From contig OX597817.1 of NCBI GenBank assembly GCA_951406725.2, positions 96,906,001 to 96,970,000 of the forward strand: a stretch of 64,000 nucleotides of DNA. The letters are read 5' to 3'. Below are positions 13,142-27,569 of this stretch, in pieces; positions within the stretch are counted from its first letter, which is position 1; every line of letters starts with the position of its first letter. The translations under genes and the position numbers were made by a program. Below the pieces are notes generated by a model. That model ran no database searches. It saw only the letters and a list, made by a program, of their open reading frames with translations, and had not been told where the DNA came from. This stretch comes from Octopus vulgaris (lineage: Eukaryota).

Positions 13142-14929
13142 TACACTAATAAACACACATATATATGTAGATATATAGATATATTCACATTTTGAGGATG
13201 TAATTTCCTCTTAAGGGATTGTTAATAACAATCCAGATATCAACTGGTTTTATCAAATATATTGAAAGAAAGTTCCTCAATATATATGTGTTAACAGTCT
13301 AATAAATTATAAAGTTAATAAAAGAAAATGAAGAAAAAATATAATAGATACTTGGTTCATTTTATTTATATCACAATGGAAAAGTAATGCAAAGTAAAAG
13401 TGATACCTATAAGAATAAGGATAAAAGAAACCATATCAACAAGAAATATCCGGAAAAAATCCTACATATATTTCAATCCAACAGTATGTTTGAATCATCA
13501 ACATTCGAACGAATATACATGTAGTAAACGATATATTGCCGGGTATCTTCAGGGAAAAGTAAGTATATTTTCTGGTCTTGAATTAGGAAATAACTAATCT
13601 GAGGACTGTGTTTAGAAATTTTCAAATGTAAACAACTTATTATGATGCAGAGTTCATGTGATTAGATATTCATCATTGAATATTTATCTAATATTGATCG
13701 TTGAAATGTTGCTAAAACATCAAATGCATTTGAAAAATATATATTTATAAAAGTTTATAAACTTAGTTAAAAGGGTTTCTTAAATAACACAGGCATTTTC
13801 ATATATTTTGTAGAATTTTACATTGATGATATCATTCGTATTTCAACTAAAAATTCGTCAACTCTGTTCTCAACCTTGATGAAGCCGTTAAATACTCGAC
13901 TCAGTTCATGGAATGCCCACATTCGAGCATTGCACGTTAGGTGACCATGGGGAAAAGCAGGATTTGTAATGTTAGGCCCTTTTACCTCCATTATTTTACA
14001 TATCTGCTTTTTTTTAATTTCAAGCGTAAAATATTCATTTCCCTTATGATTCTAAATTTGCTCTTTCCCTTCCTATTTTACTAATCTGTTGGAGTTATTT
14101 AACTTCCAGATTTGATCCACAACTACATCATATTATTGCTTCAATCATCTCCCCCAATCCAAATAAAGAAAAAAAAATTATTACTTTATTGATATTTAAA
14201 TCAAACATGGTCCACATTCTGCAATACATACATTGCAACTGTGGTTTCACTTTTTTCATTTTGCCATATTTATTTTCAATGCTTTTGCTTTGAAATACAT
14301 TGAAAAACAAATGAAGTTGATTTTAGTTGACAAATATTTGTTCGCCACAGTTGATTATTTTTGAGCATTCTTACAGTAAGGCAGGTGTTTGCACTATTGA
14401 TCGAAAAGGTCGATAATGTGCATTTAATTGTGCACATGCACGTACAAAATTGATAAACTCCAGTGCTTGAGTCCTTTGGCTATATTGGATTTCACTTTGC
14501 ACTTTTTACTTGCAACAAGATATATGCATTTTTTGAGGTTTACAAGAACTTCATATTCATATTTGATCATTACCGTTCGGCTCATTCGGATTTCACTTTG
14601 CACTATTTTTGGAAGTTTACAACATCTTCTTTGTCATACAGGAAGTTAATTTAGATGAATTATGTATGAGTTATCATGTTAAATGTTAGGATTACCACTT
14701 TCTTATTGAGGTTGTTACTTTTTTAATTAAGTATTTCATCTTAATTTAAAGGATCTTTTATAGATATTAAATTTTTAAATTGTCATTTTAGTTTTTGCAT
14801 ACCATTATTTGTTGCAGTAATTGCATTCATTCTATGGAGGATACACTTCATTACTTATTTGCCAATTTACCTTAAAACAGGCACGTAGTGACTAGACTAT
14901 GTTTCTGACAAACATTATTAAGTAGCAAA

Positions 14930-17545
14930 CTAAGATATTGCCTTAGCAGATTGTTGGCCGGTGCAGAAAGAGCAAAGCAGCATTGAGCCAATGAAAAGGA
15001 GGAGCAGAGAATAGCCAGGTTATCCAGTTTGGTTGCCTACAATGTCAGATTCATTTCACAAACACCTCAACCAAACTCAGCAGAAAAACTTGTGGCCCGT
15101 AGGGTCAAAAATGCACAATCCACTGCTGCATCATGAGCAAATGAGTCTCCAGAAGAACGTGCTATTTGGTTAGTGTGGAATGCTGTCACAACCACTGAGG
15201 AGGCCCCACAACAGCATGTAGTCCTACAAAAAAGCAATGCTGTGGCAACTGCTGCCTCAAGGGTTGCAGAGACACCACAAAAGTGCACAGTCCGTACAAC
15301 AAGTACTGCTATGACTACTGTTGCCTCAAGGGTTGCAGAGACCTCACAACAGTGCGCACTCCATACAATACATAATGCTGTGGAGACACCACAACAATGT
15401 GCAATCTGTACAACATGCAGTGCTGTGGTAACTGCTGCCTCAAGGGCTGCGGAGACACCACAACAGTATGCAGTCCATACAACATGCAATGCTATGGCTA
15501 CTGCTGCCTCGAGAGCTGCAGAGACTCATGAACAACGCACTCACCACTAGGCTTCCAATTGTGTTTCTAGGACTGTTGCGATAGCTTCCGAAACATTGAT
15601 TCAAAGAACTACCAGACTACAAACAAATGCTAACCATAAAGCTGTTCTGTGTGGTGCATCAAAGCTTACAAGGCATAGATGGGCTTTCAAAGCCTTCCAT
15701 TATGACACCTCTGAAAATTATGCTGCACACAAAAATGTTGTCATTGGGTCTATGTCCAGTACCTGTCTACACAGTAAAGCACAAATGTGGCCGGCAGAGC
15801 CTGTTGGTTTATGCTGTTCAAATGGAAAGGTTTGTCTGCCCGAAATAACTGACACTTCACAGCCCTTAAAGTCCCTTCTAATTGATGAGTAGCTCCAATC
15901 TCAACATTTCATGAACCGAATATGGGGTATAATTCTGCATATCAAATGACAAGTTTTGGTCAAAGCCCATTTCTTATTGAAACTTCAATCCCACTTTCAC
16001 AATTTAGGGTCAAACTTACCATTTAATTGGTTCACTACTACCTACAGAGGCCTTACAGCATAATTTCCTTCAAATATACTTCATGGGATCCGAGAGTGAT
16101 CAAATTGCATGTAGGGCTTGTTGCTCCAGGCACAAAAATGGCAGTCCTAAGACAGGATATGCTTCATGAGCACAGCCAGTACATCAACCAATTTAAAATG
16201 GCCATTCAACGACGTAGGGCTGATAATACCAACTTTAAAGTTGTTATTAGAAGTGACAGGACTCACATTGGGGGACATCACTGCTGTTTCAATCGACCTG
16301 AAACTGAGGAGGTTGCTATTTTGCTTTGTAGTCCTGATGTAACTTTTTGGAAAGAGATATCATCCTTGAATGGCAAGACTCCTGCCTCCAGAAGATCAAT
16401 GAATTAAATCCAGCCTATGATGCCCTTCAATATCCCCAACTCTTTCCATATGTAGAGGATGGATACAGTCCAGAAATTTCTACCATAGTGCCTTCAACAC
16501 ACCAACCAGCACACCCCACAAAAATGGTTTCCCAAATGAACTTCTATAGTTACAGATTAGTGGTTAGGACAAACATCTTCAACAGCCTCCATAGAGCAGG
16601 GGCACTACTGAACCAGTACTGTATGGATAAGATAAGATTTACCCACCTTTCAGCCATTTCTACCAAATTTTAAAAAAGTTCTTCCATTAACCTGCTGATT
16701 CATTTAACTTGCAGATTGACTTCTTTGAATGCACCTTAATTAAAACACCTCTGAGCAGATGAATATGCCAAAGTTCGAGATGAGGTCAATGGCAATGACT
16801 ATGCAACCACTACTAAACTAGGGTATCCAGTCATCTTGCCATCGTCCTTCACAGGTGGCCTGAGATATATGCATGAAACAATGCAGGATGCTCTTACATA
16901 CGTTCGTCTCTACAATTGCACTAACTTTTTTATAATGTTGCCCTGCAACCCCAAATGGGAGGATATCAAAATGAGCTTACTTCCAGGACAATAACCAGCA
17001 GACTGCCATGACATCACTGCACGCGTTTTTCATCTCAAGGTTTGTAAAATGATTGATTTGTTTAAATGTGGTGAATGTTTTGGGCTTATCAAATGTTTTA
17101 TCTACACTATTGAATGGCAAAATCGGGGTCTCCCTCACGTCCACATCTTACTATGGCTCCAAAGTAAACTTCAACCTTTAGACGTGGACACAGTAATAAG
17201 TGTGGAATTTCCAAATCCCAATGAAGACTCCCTGCTCTACAACATTATTTGGAAGAATATAGTTCATGGGCTGTGTGGGTACTTCAATGCAACGTCTTCA
17301 TGCATGGCAGATGGAAAATGCACTAATAAATATCCCTGCAAGCTTTTGGCGGAGACAGAAGCAGGTGAATACAGGTTTCACCGAAGAGCTCCTTAAAGTT
17401 GTTGGACTAGGTCTTTGAATGCATTGCTTTTGACAAGGACAGTTCCATGTTGACTTTTCCAGAGTTGGCAATCCAGACAACCTTTTCATTTACGCTTCTG
17501 AAGGCAAAACCAAAAAATGTTGTATACAAAGCTGTCCTGCAATAA
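14930..17545 (+). mobile_element. Helitron Rep-helicase pseudogene with large internal deletion
   Basis: WPAEPVGLCCSNGKVCLP, YDALQYP, LPSSFTGG.RYM, IEWQNRGLPHVHILLWL (HUH motif 2), CG..N..SSCMADGKC; then PIF1 C-terminus KVVGL..GQFHV.FSRVG..TKNVVY. Confidence 0.9.
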
Positions 17546-17577
17546 ACCTACAAAGACATATTTTTTTACCACCTCTA

Positions 17578-17850
17578 CTGCATGGCTCAGTGGTTAGAGT
17601 GTTGAGCTTACGATCGTGAGGTTGTGAGTTTGATTCCCGGACCGGGTTCCGTGTTGTGTTCTTGAGTAAGACACTTTATTTCACGTTGCTCCAGTTAACT
17701 CAGCTGTAGAAATGAGTTGTGACATCACTGGTGCCAAGCTGTATCAGCCTTTGCCTTTCCCTTGGATAACATCAGTGGCGTTGAGACGGGAGGCTGGTAT
17801 TCATGGGCGACTGCTGGCCTTCCATAAGCAAGCTTGCCTGGACTTGTGCC
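17578..17850 (+). mobile_element. tRNA-derived SINE (CORE-like body)
   Basis: A box TGGCTCAGTGG, B box GAGTTTGATTCC, then GTGTTCTTGAGTAAGACACTT. Confidence 0.8.
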
Positions 17851-18727
17851 AGCACAAACATAGGTGCTGAGCCAGTAACTAAACTTGTAGTAATTTGTTG
17901 GGATTACTTCAAGGAATTGACAGTAAGCTTCTATCAGAATCGTTTACTTTTAAAGCAGAAAAAAAAAAAAAAAAAATCCGATGTATACGATAGGTATGTA
18001 AAATACATTTTGTGTACTTCTTTCTCTGTTCATTCAGATAAGCTGTAGAAATTGTTGCATTCATGCACACACAAAAACAAAAGTTCTCCAGATATTTAGC
18101 TGTTATTTTTTGCATATCGAGTTTCGTGACGAGAGCTTCACATGCAGTGATCCTTTTGCTGTTTCACTATAAATCTACACATGCGGAAACGGACTAAACA
18201 GTTGTTCATTTTCACTTTTAGACAGCGGGATGGGTGGCAAGGGGAGTGTTAATCAATTTCGAAGTTTTTCATACAAAATATGAAATTAGATTGAAAAAAG
18301 AATTTCGAAAAAAGGTTAAAAATTAAAAATTTGGGGGTGGAATTTAAAATTTTGAAAATGCGTTTTATTGCTTATTCGGAATCTCCGTCATCAAAAACAT
18401 GAATTGGGTAAGAAAAAAAACCCTCCAAAAAAACCCGCTTTAGTGACTGAGCGCTAAACTAGATCCTGAAAGTTATGAGGGAAGAAAACGGATCGTGTGA
18501 ACTTTCCGACAATCCTCTCCCCATCCCTTCGGAAAACATTTTCCCCACAAATTTCTTTATAATCGTAATCTATGCTGTTTCAAAGGTGTTTCTGCAAAAT
18601 TTCATCAAAAGATATTCATTTTCCTTAAAGTTATGAGGGAAAAAATCGGATCTTGTGAATTTTCCGAAAGTCCCCTCCCAACCCACGTTCGTTTGCGCAA
18701 ATTTTTTTTTATAAATATAATTTTTTT

Positions 18728-19520
18728 GGCATAGTTTCGGTTGTAGTAGCACAGATTTCCGTCGAAAAACTTTTATTTTTTTACATAAGTAATGAGAGCG
18801 AAAGAGACTAAGAGGAAGCGATTTTACGACGAGAAGGTTTCACTTTGAAGTCGGCCTGTGTGTGTTTGATGGGGGTGTGGGAGACAGACAGTATGTTGTG
18901 TAAGTGAAGTGCTTCTGTTAGTGTGTGTGAAGAGACAGACATACATATACACATACACCGAGTAAATTACTATGAATCGGCCATACATACATACATACAC
19001 ACACACACATACATAGATACATACACACACACACATACATACATACACACACACATACTTACACACACACACACACATAGATACATACACACACACACAT
19101 ACATGCAGACATACATATACACATACACCGAGTAAAAAATTACGATGAATCGGCCATACATACATACATACACACACACATACTTACACACACACACATA
19201 CAAAGATACATACACACACACACACACATACATGCATACATACATATACACATACACCGAGTAAAAAATCAGTTATCTCTCTCTTTCACACATTACTCTC
19301 TCTGTCTCTTCGCACACACTAACAGAAGCACTTCACTTACACAACATACTGTCTGTCTCCCACACCCCATCAAACACACACAGGCCGACTTCAAAGTGAA
19401 ACCTTCTCGTCGTAAAATCGCTTCCTCTTAGTCTCTTTCGCTCTCATTACTTATGTAAAAAAATAAAAGTTTTTTACGGAAATCGACGGAAATCTGATCT
19501 ACGACATGCGAAACTTCGCC
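18728..19520. mobile_element. Non-autonomous fold-back DNA transposon (Merlin-like), copy 1
   Basis: ~210-bp TIRs, termini GGC..GCC, flanked by ATTTTTTT on both sides (low-complexity TSD). Confidence 0.8.
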
Positions 19521-19801
19521 ATTTTTTTTTTATATTTGTTTTCTACACAGTTATTAACAGCCGGCAAGCTGGGCTTTTTTTAAAAACTTTTGTTTCCGTT
19601 AACGGGAGTCATTCTTTATATTAACCGAAAAATCTTATTACCAATTTTATTTAGTGTTATTAGCGGTCAACATACAAATAAACTTTCTCTTTATAAGTAT
19701 ATAGATATTTATTCCAGGGAAGCTTCTTTTTTTCATTATTAAATTTTAAAATTATTATAAATTTTGTTTATGCCTATATCTTTCGAAACATAAAACATTT
19801 A

Positions 19802-20984
19802 GGCATAGTTTCGGTTGTAGTAGCACAGATTTCCGTCGATTTCCGTAAAAAACTTTTATTTTTTTACATAAGTAATGAGAGCGAAAGAGACTAAGAGGAA
19901 GCGATTTTACGACGATAAGGTTTCACTTTGAAGTCGGCCTGTGTGCGTTTGATGGGGTGTGGGAGACAGACAGTATGTTGTGTAAGTGAAGTGCTTCTGT
20001 TAGTGTGTGCGAAGAGACAGAGAGAGTAATGTGTGAAAGAGAGAGATAACTGATTTTTTACTCGGTGTATGTGTATATGTATGTATGCATGTATGTGTGT
20101 GTGTGTGTATGTATCTATGTATGTGTGTGTGTTTATGTATGTATGTATGTATGTATGTATGGCCGATTCAGTGTTTACATTATTTCGAATTAAAACGAAA
20201 GATTACCTTGCGGCGCCTGTTTATGTAACAGTCTGCTATGTAGAAAATAATGAGGTTGACTCAATGGAATAATGACAGTGATCGAAGATATAGACAAAAT
20301 TTTTTTTATTTAATCGTTATACATGCCTTGTCGACTGCTACTGTGCAGCCTTAATGTCTCTGTTGATGTGACGATGGTGAAATGGTAAGAAAAAGATAGG
20401 AGAGTTATAAAATGAGGAGATATTCTTCTCATGAGAAAAGAGTTGCATTCAAAGGAAAAAAAAAGTTAATAGTCTATAGAGGTGCACAGAAACTGGGTGC
20501 AAGCATGCATATATATGCATGTGTAAACATTGTGTTGTGCAGCAAAAGGAACGAACAGTACAAAATGTGTAAGGAAAAGTGACAAAATCCGATTGGTAAT
20601 GTTCTGTGTGAAAAGTCTATGCCGGCCATACATACATACATACATACATAAACACACACACATACATAGATACATACACACACACACACACATACATGCA
20701 TACATACATATACACATACAACGAGTAAAAAATCAGTTATCTCTCTCTTTCACACATTACTCTCTCTGTCTCTTCACACACACTAACAGAAGCACTTCAC
20801 TTACACAACATACTGTCTGTCTCCCACACCCCATCAAACGCACACAGGCCGACTTCAAAGTGAAACCTTATCGTCGTAAAATCGCTTCCTCTTAGTCTCT
20901 TTCGCTCTCATTACTTATGTAAAAAAATAAAAATTTTTTACGGAAATCGACGGAAATCTGATCTACGACATACGAAACATCGCC
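19802..20984. mobile_element. Non-autonomous fold-back DNA transposon (Merlin-like), copy 2
   Basis: ~360-bp TIRs, termini GGC..GCC, perfect 8-bp TSD AACATTTA at 19794-19801 and 20985-20992. Confidence 0.88.
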
Positions 20985-21080
20985 AACATTTATTTTATTT
21001 TTCAAGACGTATGGATTCTTGACATCAAAAGCAAAATGCTAACGTGTTTGTGTAGTAGATGAAGGAAAAACTCGTCTTAC

Positions 21081-21668
21081 CTGCATTAAGAGTGGTTCGG
21101 GATTAACAATGTTTGTAGTTATCAAATGAAGAAGATTGTTAACAGATTTATCGTCTGGAAGAGTCAATTTATCAACATAATGCTTTAAAATGCTTTTGTA
21201 CAGTCTCTGTGATGGGCAGCGAAATAAATCAGAAGACAGCATAAGCAACGGTCGAATAGCTTCCAGCACATCAAACTCATGGCTAGCAAGCAGTTTTTTG
21301 AAGGACTTCTTCACGTTACAATTGTCACTTGTGGAATTCGATATAATTCGACATATTTCTTTTCTAGCTTGATAAATTTCAAAATCATGTCCAAGTTTCT
21401 TAAGTACAATACTTTTATTGTTATAATGAGCAAAGTAGACGTTTTTCACATTGGCAAACTGGAAAATCATCAATGATGATAATGTGTTGAGCACGACAGA
21501 ACCATTCAATAGCGGACGACAGAAGTCTTCACCGTAGCAAACAGGACACAACTCAACGTCTGTCAGTTGATGATTAACTATAGTAAACTTAAATGCGATC
21601 AAGAAAAATAAAGTAACTAATAGAAATAATTTAAGTCTCTTTATAATGCAAATTATCTTTCGCAACAT
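21081..21668 (-). CDS. DIPK2A: First coding exon of divergent protein kinase domain 2A / Deleted in autism 1 (C3orf58)-like secretory-pathway pseudokinase
   Basis: ORF with N-terminal hydrophobic anchor, CPVCYGEDFC, NVKNVYFA, VLKKLGH, RCPSQRL and NPEPLLMQ motifs characteristic of DIPK2A/DIA1; phase-0 donor CAG|GTAAGA at 21080; 588 nt = 196 codons. Confidence 0.88.
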
Positions 21669-21887
21669 GTTTATTATTATTATTATTAGATTATCTTAAT
21701 CTTTTTGTTACAATTTCAATGAATACGAAGACACTAGTCCAAAAATAGCTTGGTATATATAAAAAAGAAAAACATATTTTCATTTATCCGATGGTTGGTA
21801 AGCATGCTCCAGTAATTTATATATACATACATACATACATACATACAGATAGATAGATAATACAATATAATGATTGAAGAAGTGCGG

Positions 21888-23188
21888 GGCGATGTTACGG
21901 TATAAGTACCGGTGTACTTCCGGAAGTACCGGATACATTGAAATAAGTGGGGGTTTTTTATATATGGGGGGGGGGGTCCATATATAAAAAAAAATGGCAA
22001 TCTTTCGTCTCTAGTACACCTTTCCGTAAAAAACTTTTTTTTTTTACATATGAGCTTGCGGGAACTTTTGAAGTAATGAGAGCGAAAGAGACTAAGAGAA
22101 AGCGATTGTATGACGAGGGAAGTTCTTTTGAAGTTACCGTCCAGGGGATGCATTGATGTACATGTGTGTGTGTGTTTGATGGGGTGTGGGAGACAGACAG
22201 TATGTTGTGTAAGTGAAGTGCTTCTGTTAGTGTGTGTGAAGAGACAGAGTAATGTGTGAAAGAGAGATAACTGAAATTTTTTACTCGGTGTATGTGTATA
22301 TGTATGTGTGTGTATGTATCTATGTATGTGTGTGTATGTATTTATGTATGTGTGTGTGTGTATGTATGTGTGTGTGTGTATGAATGGGTGTATGTATGTA
22401 TGTATGAATGGCCGATTCAGTGTTTACATTATTTCGAGTTAAAACGAAAGATTACCTTTGCCTGTTTATGTAACGGTCTGCTATGTAGAAAATAATGAGG
22501 TTGACTCAATGGAATAATGACAGTGATCGAAGATATAGACAAATTTTTTTTTCATTTAATCGTTATACATGCCTTGTCGACTGCTACTGTGCAGCCTTAA
22601 TGTCTCTGTTGATGTGACGATGGTGAAATGGTAAGAAAAAGACGGGAGAGTCATTATTCCATTGAGTCAACCTCATTATTTTCTACATAGTAGACCGTTA
22701 CATAAACAGGCAAAGTAATCTTTCGTTTTAACTCGAAATAATGTAAACACTGAATCGACCATACATACATACATACAAACACACACACATACATAGATAC
22801 ATACACACACACACATACATACATATACACATACACCGAGTAAAAAATTTCAGTTACCTCTCTGTCTCTTCACACACACTAACAGAAGCACTTCACTTAC
22901 ATAACATACTTTGTCTCCCACACCCCATCAAACACACACACATGTACATCAATGCTTCCCATGCACGGTAACTTCAAAAGAACTTCCCTCGTCATACAAT
23001 CGCTTTCTCTTAGTCTCTTTCGCTCTCATTACTTCAAAAGTTCCCGCAAGCCCATATGTAAAAAAAAAAGATTTTTACGGAAATCGACGGAAAGGTCTAC
23101 TAGAGACGAAAGATTGCCAAAAAAATACCTTTTTGAAATGTATCCGGTACTTCCGGAAGTACACCGGTACTTATACCGTAACATCGCC
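21888..23188. mobile_element. Related fold-back element with ~550-630-bp inverted arms
   Basis: Perfect terminal IR GGCGATGTTACGGTATAAGTACCGGTGTACTTCCGGAAGTACCGGATACATT; internal blocks shared with copy 2; no TSD seen. Confidence 0.85.
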
Positions 23189-23756
23189 TATAAATGAATA
23201 TTAAAATATATATGTATGTATGTATCAAATGAAATAAAAAACAGAACACAAAGGATGTCGCGGTACGCGTGTTTCGAGCTTTATAAAACAACTTATTCTT
23301 ACATCAATGTATAATCGACATAACAGATAGTTTAAAATCCTATTCAGCTGCATGCAATTGCTACACCAAAGACTTGTATCACATTATGAAAGGTCCCTAA
23401 AAGAAAATTTGGTATCATTTATAATGGTAGGTAAATTGAGTATCACTGAGAAAGTATGTTTGTAAATCTTCATAATCAAATAGGTGTACAGGGTATTATT
23501 GGACTCCAAAAATACGTCCATACCGTTTTCTCATTCAATATAGAGTGAATGCTGGGTAGATTCCAGTTGGTTTCATTCCTCTTATAAGGGAAGGAAATAA
23601 GGAGGATGAGAAAAAAGAGAAAGGAAAGGAAAGGAAAAAGAAGAATAGAGGGGAAGAGAAGGAAACGGTAATGATGTTGGGATCACAAAAAAGTATAAAT
23701 ATAAATATAAGTGGATATAATACAATAAAATATAATAAAAGATAAAGATATAAAGA

Positions 23757-25250
23757 ACGTCAGGTATAAGCCAACTTTCTCTATTCTTCCAATTCTGTCT
23801 TGACAATGGTGTTACTCCAGAACAGTGGAAAACTGCCAGTGTCATCCCTCTGTTCAAAAAAGGCGACCGCACATCGCCTGTCAACTATCGCCCCGTCAGT
23901 CTTACCAGCTGCATCGCCAAACTGATGGAATCCTGTATCAGAGAAACCCTCTGGAACTTCTGGAAGTCTCACAGCCTCATCCAGCCGTCACAATTCGGAT
24001 TTATTCCTAACTCCAGCTGCTGTAATCAACTCATCGAGTTTCTTGAGGATGTTACCCAAATCACTGATCGCGGATCCTGGGTGGATGTTGTTTACCTGGA
24101 CTTTGCTAAGGCTTTTAACTCTGTGCCACACAAAAGACTTATGGTGAAGCTTTCTGCGTTGGGTGTAAGAGACAAACTCTATAACTGGTTAAAGTCCTTT
24201 ATTTTCGTCCGAAAAGAGGTTGTCACAGTTCTAGGACAGCACTCTGGTGTGCCGCAGGGATCTGTTCTTGGCCCCCTTTTATTTGTTGCATATGTTAATG
24301 ACATAGATGCCAACTTAAAGAATGCCACAGTGCTGAAATATGCAGATGACATCAAGCTGTACCTCGAAATAAAGAGGTCAAATCCTATACACTATGGATC
24401 TCTATTGCAAGCAGACCTGGACACAATGCAGCAGTGGATCATGGACTGGCAACTCAAGCTGGCTGTGGACAAATGTACCACCATGCATTTTGGGAGGAGA
24501 AACCCAGCGTCCACCTACTCCCTCCACAACACTAGTCTCAAAAAGTCTTCAAGTGAACGTGACCTGGGTGTTATTGTCGACAGTGATTTGCGTTGGACAA
24601 AACACATCGCCAAAATTGTCAAGAAGGCTGAGAGTGTCTTGGCATCACTCACCAAATCCTTTGTGAGTCGCTCTCCGGCTATCTATCTGCGGCTTTATAT
24701 AGCTATGGTAAGACCTCACCTGGAATTTGCATCACCGGTCTGGAACCCCTATCTTGCCCAGGACATCAATCGTCTGGAAGCTGTTCAGCGACGTGCAACC
24801 ACCATCAGGCATTTGCCATATCCTGAACGCCTTACCTCCCTGGGCATGGACACATTGAAACTCCGACGTCTGGCAGCTGACCTGGCAGACACCCATAAAA
24901 TTATCAACCATCGCACAAACAATAACACTGAGCACCTCTTCAAACTCCACCCATCTAACACCCGTGGACATATTTACAAAGTAAGAAAACAGCACAGCTC
25001 CCATGACTTCAGGAAACATTTTTTCACGCTGAGAGTTGCTGAAGCGTGGAACAAACTGCCGGCATCGGTTGTTAGTTGTCAGAGCACTGCATTCTTCAAG
25101 ACTTCCATGCTTCCTGAAATTCGCCAACACTACACTTGATTTTCTCCCCTCCATACACACACAAGCATGTTCACTTTCTAGACATTTCTACATTGACAAG
25201 TTGTGGTGCACCTGAGCACTGTATACAATAATTTCATTATTATTATTATT
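23757..25250 (+). mobile_element. 5'-truncated CR1-clade LINE with (ATT)n tail
   Basis: LFKKGDR..NYRPVSLT, YLDFAKAFNSVPH, GVPQGSVLGP, KYADD, ERDLGV, VRPHLEF, TRGH, FFTLRV..WNKLP. Confidence 0.93.
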
Positions 25251-25455
25251 AAATTCTAGAATTCTATTGTAAAAATGTAAAATGTACAAAAATAAAAAAA
25301 ATAAAAAAATAAAAATAAAATAAAAACAGAAAAAAAAAAACTAAATAAAAAGATACAAAAGGATACAAAGCGATCCTAAAGACAAAAGGATTAAAATAGA
25401 GATAAGGAGTTAAAGTTTTGAAAGGGGAGTGAAATATGATATGTGTATGTATGTG

Positions 25456-25508
<53 letters not shown>

Positions 25509-26344
25509 ATGTATATATATATATTTATACATGTGTGGGCTTGTAGATTCGGGGAATGTATAGGTATGTGGATATGTACATATGTGTGCATGTATATGTA
25601 CGTATACTTGTATGTATATATGCGTTAGGTATGTATGTATATATATACCTCTAGGGTAAAATTACAGATTAACACCCGCACGATTTTCACTAAGAAAAAA
25701 AAAAAAAACTCGGATTTTTTGCGTGGAATCAAGTACCCTGATCTCCTAATATGCTGCAAATCCCATATTTTGGTCCGGAATTGCTCCGGAAGGGGGGGGG
25801 TAACCCCCCTCGGAATTTTCACAAGGGAAAAAAAAAAAACCCTCAGATTTCTTGCGTGGAATCAAGTACCCTGACCTCCTAATATGCTGCAAATCCCATA
25901 TTTTGGTCCGGAAAGGGGGAGTAACCCCACCCCCGGAATTTTCACATGGAAAAAAAAATCAGATTTTTTGCGTGGAATCAAGTAACCTGACCTCAAAAAA
26001 AAAAAAAAAACAATTTTTTAGATACCTTTCTGCTTTTTAAGACAATAAAGTGTTATTGGAGGGAAATCTGGCTGCTATTTCTAGCTGCCTGAATGACAAC
26101 ATAGCGATTTACAGATAAATGAATTAATTACTATTTTACAGAATAAAATTAATGAATTAATTATATAAATTATATAATTCTTGAAAATTAATTAATATTA
26201 ATAATATTTTTTGAACAAAGTAAATAATTTATAAAACTTAAATAATAATTTTTTTTACACAAACGCGAACGTATATAATTTGTGAAACTTTTTTTTTTTT
26301 ACAGACGTATATAATTTGGTAAACTTAATGAATTAATTTCTTCT

Positions 26345-26730
26345 CATCATCATCATCGTTTAACGTCCGTTCTCCATGCCAGCATGGGTTGGACGGTTCG
26401 ACCGGGGATCTGGGAAGCCAGAAGGCTGCACCAGACTCCAGTCTTATCTGGCAATGTTTCTACAGCTGGATGCCCTTCCTAACGCCAACCACTCCGAGAG
26501 TGTAGTGGGTGCTTTTTACATGCCACCCGCACAGGTGCCAGTCGAGGCGGCTCTGGCATCGGCCACGATTCGGATAGTGCTTTTTACGTACCACCAGTCC
26601 AGGGGTCCTGGCATCTGCCGGGTGCCACACTTGCCCCAACATGTCTTCGCAAGCAAAGGGGGTTGGCATGGGTGCCTGTCGTCGGATGAGGTTCGATATC
26701 AACTTCGCTTGCCTCAACAGGTCTTTGTGT
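26345..26730 (-). mobile_element. RTE-tail SINE copy inside the left arm
   Basis: (GAT)n tail; identical blocks to the RTE 3'UTR at 7107-7170. Confidence 0.8.
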
Positions 26731-27162
26731 ATTAAATGTATAAATTTTTCGCACTAAATTCTTTCCGTAGAATTTATCAAAAAACGCACAAAATTATTCC
26801 ATAGAATTTATCAAATTAAAAAACGCAACATTTATATATTTTTTGAAATTGCAAATTATTTAGAATATAAAACAAATGAAGTTAAATTTTAAAAATAAAT
26901 GTCATATACTTATACTCTGTAAGGTGCTGTGTTCACACTTCAATTTACTATTTTCTAGAAATGTTGCTTTTCTTATTGAAACCATTTTTCTCAATCTCCA
27001 TTTAAAAGTCCATCATGTCTCTTGAGCCATATCAAAATGAACAACTTTGAATTACGCGGCGGCGGTGTGAGGTTCTAATTTTTTTTTCTGATCTCTCTTT
27101 GCCCCCCTAGATGGAGGTGTGGTGGGGAGACAGATGAAAGATGTCTCATTCATTCTCTGCTA

Positions 27163-27221
<59 letters not shown>

Positions 27222-27569
27222 AGAACCATTTCTTAAACCTACACGATATAGTCTATAAATTTGGGATGTTTTTGAAAGATAATATAATGGACTTTTAAAT
27301 GGAGATTGAGAAAAATGGTTTCAATAAGAAAAGCAACATTTCTAGAAAATAGTAAATTGAAGTGTGAACACAGCACCTTACAGAGTATAAGTATATGACA
27401 TTTATTTTTAAAATTTAACTTCATTTGTTTTATATTCTAAATAATTTGCAATTTCAAAAAATATATAAATGTTGCGTTTTTTAATTTGATAAATTCTACG
27501 GAATAATTTTGAGCGTTTTTTGATAAATTCTACGGAAAGAATTTAGTGCGAAAAATTTATACATTTAAT

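Noticed and set aside
17578-17650. Functional tRNA gene
   Set aside because: Acceptor stem is broken and the sequence runs into a SINE body; the same holds for the heads at ~12890-12960 and ~59590-59730
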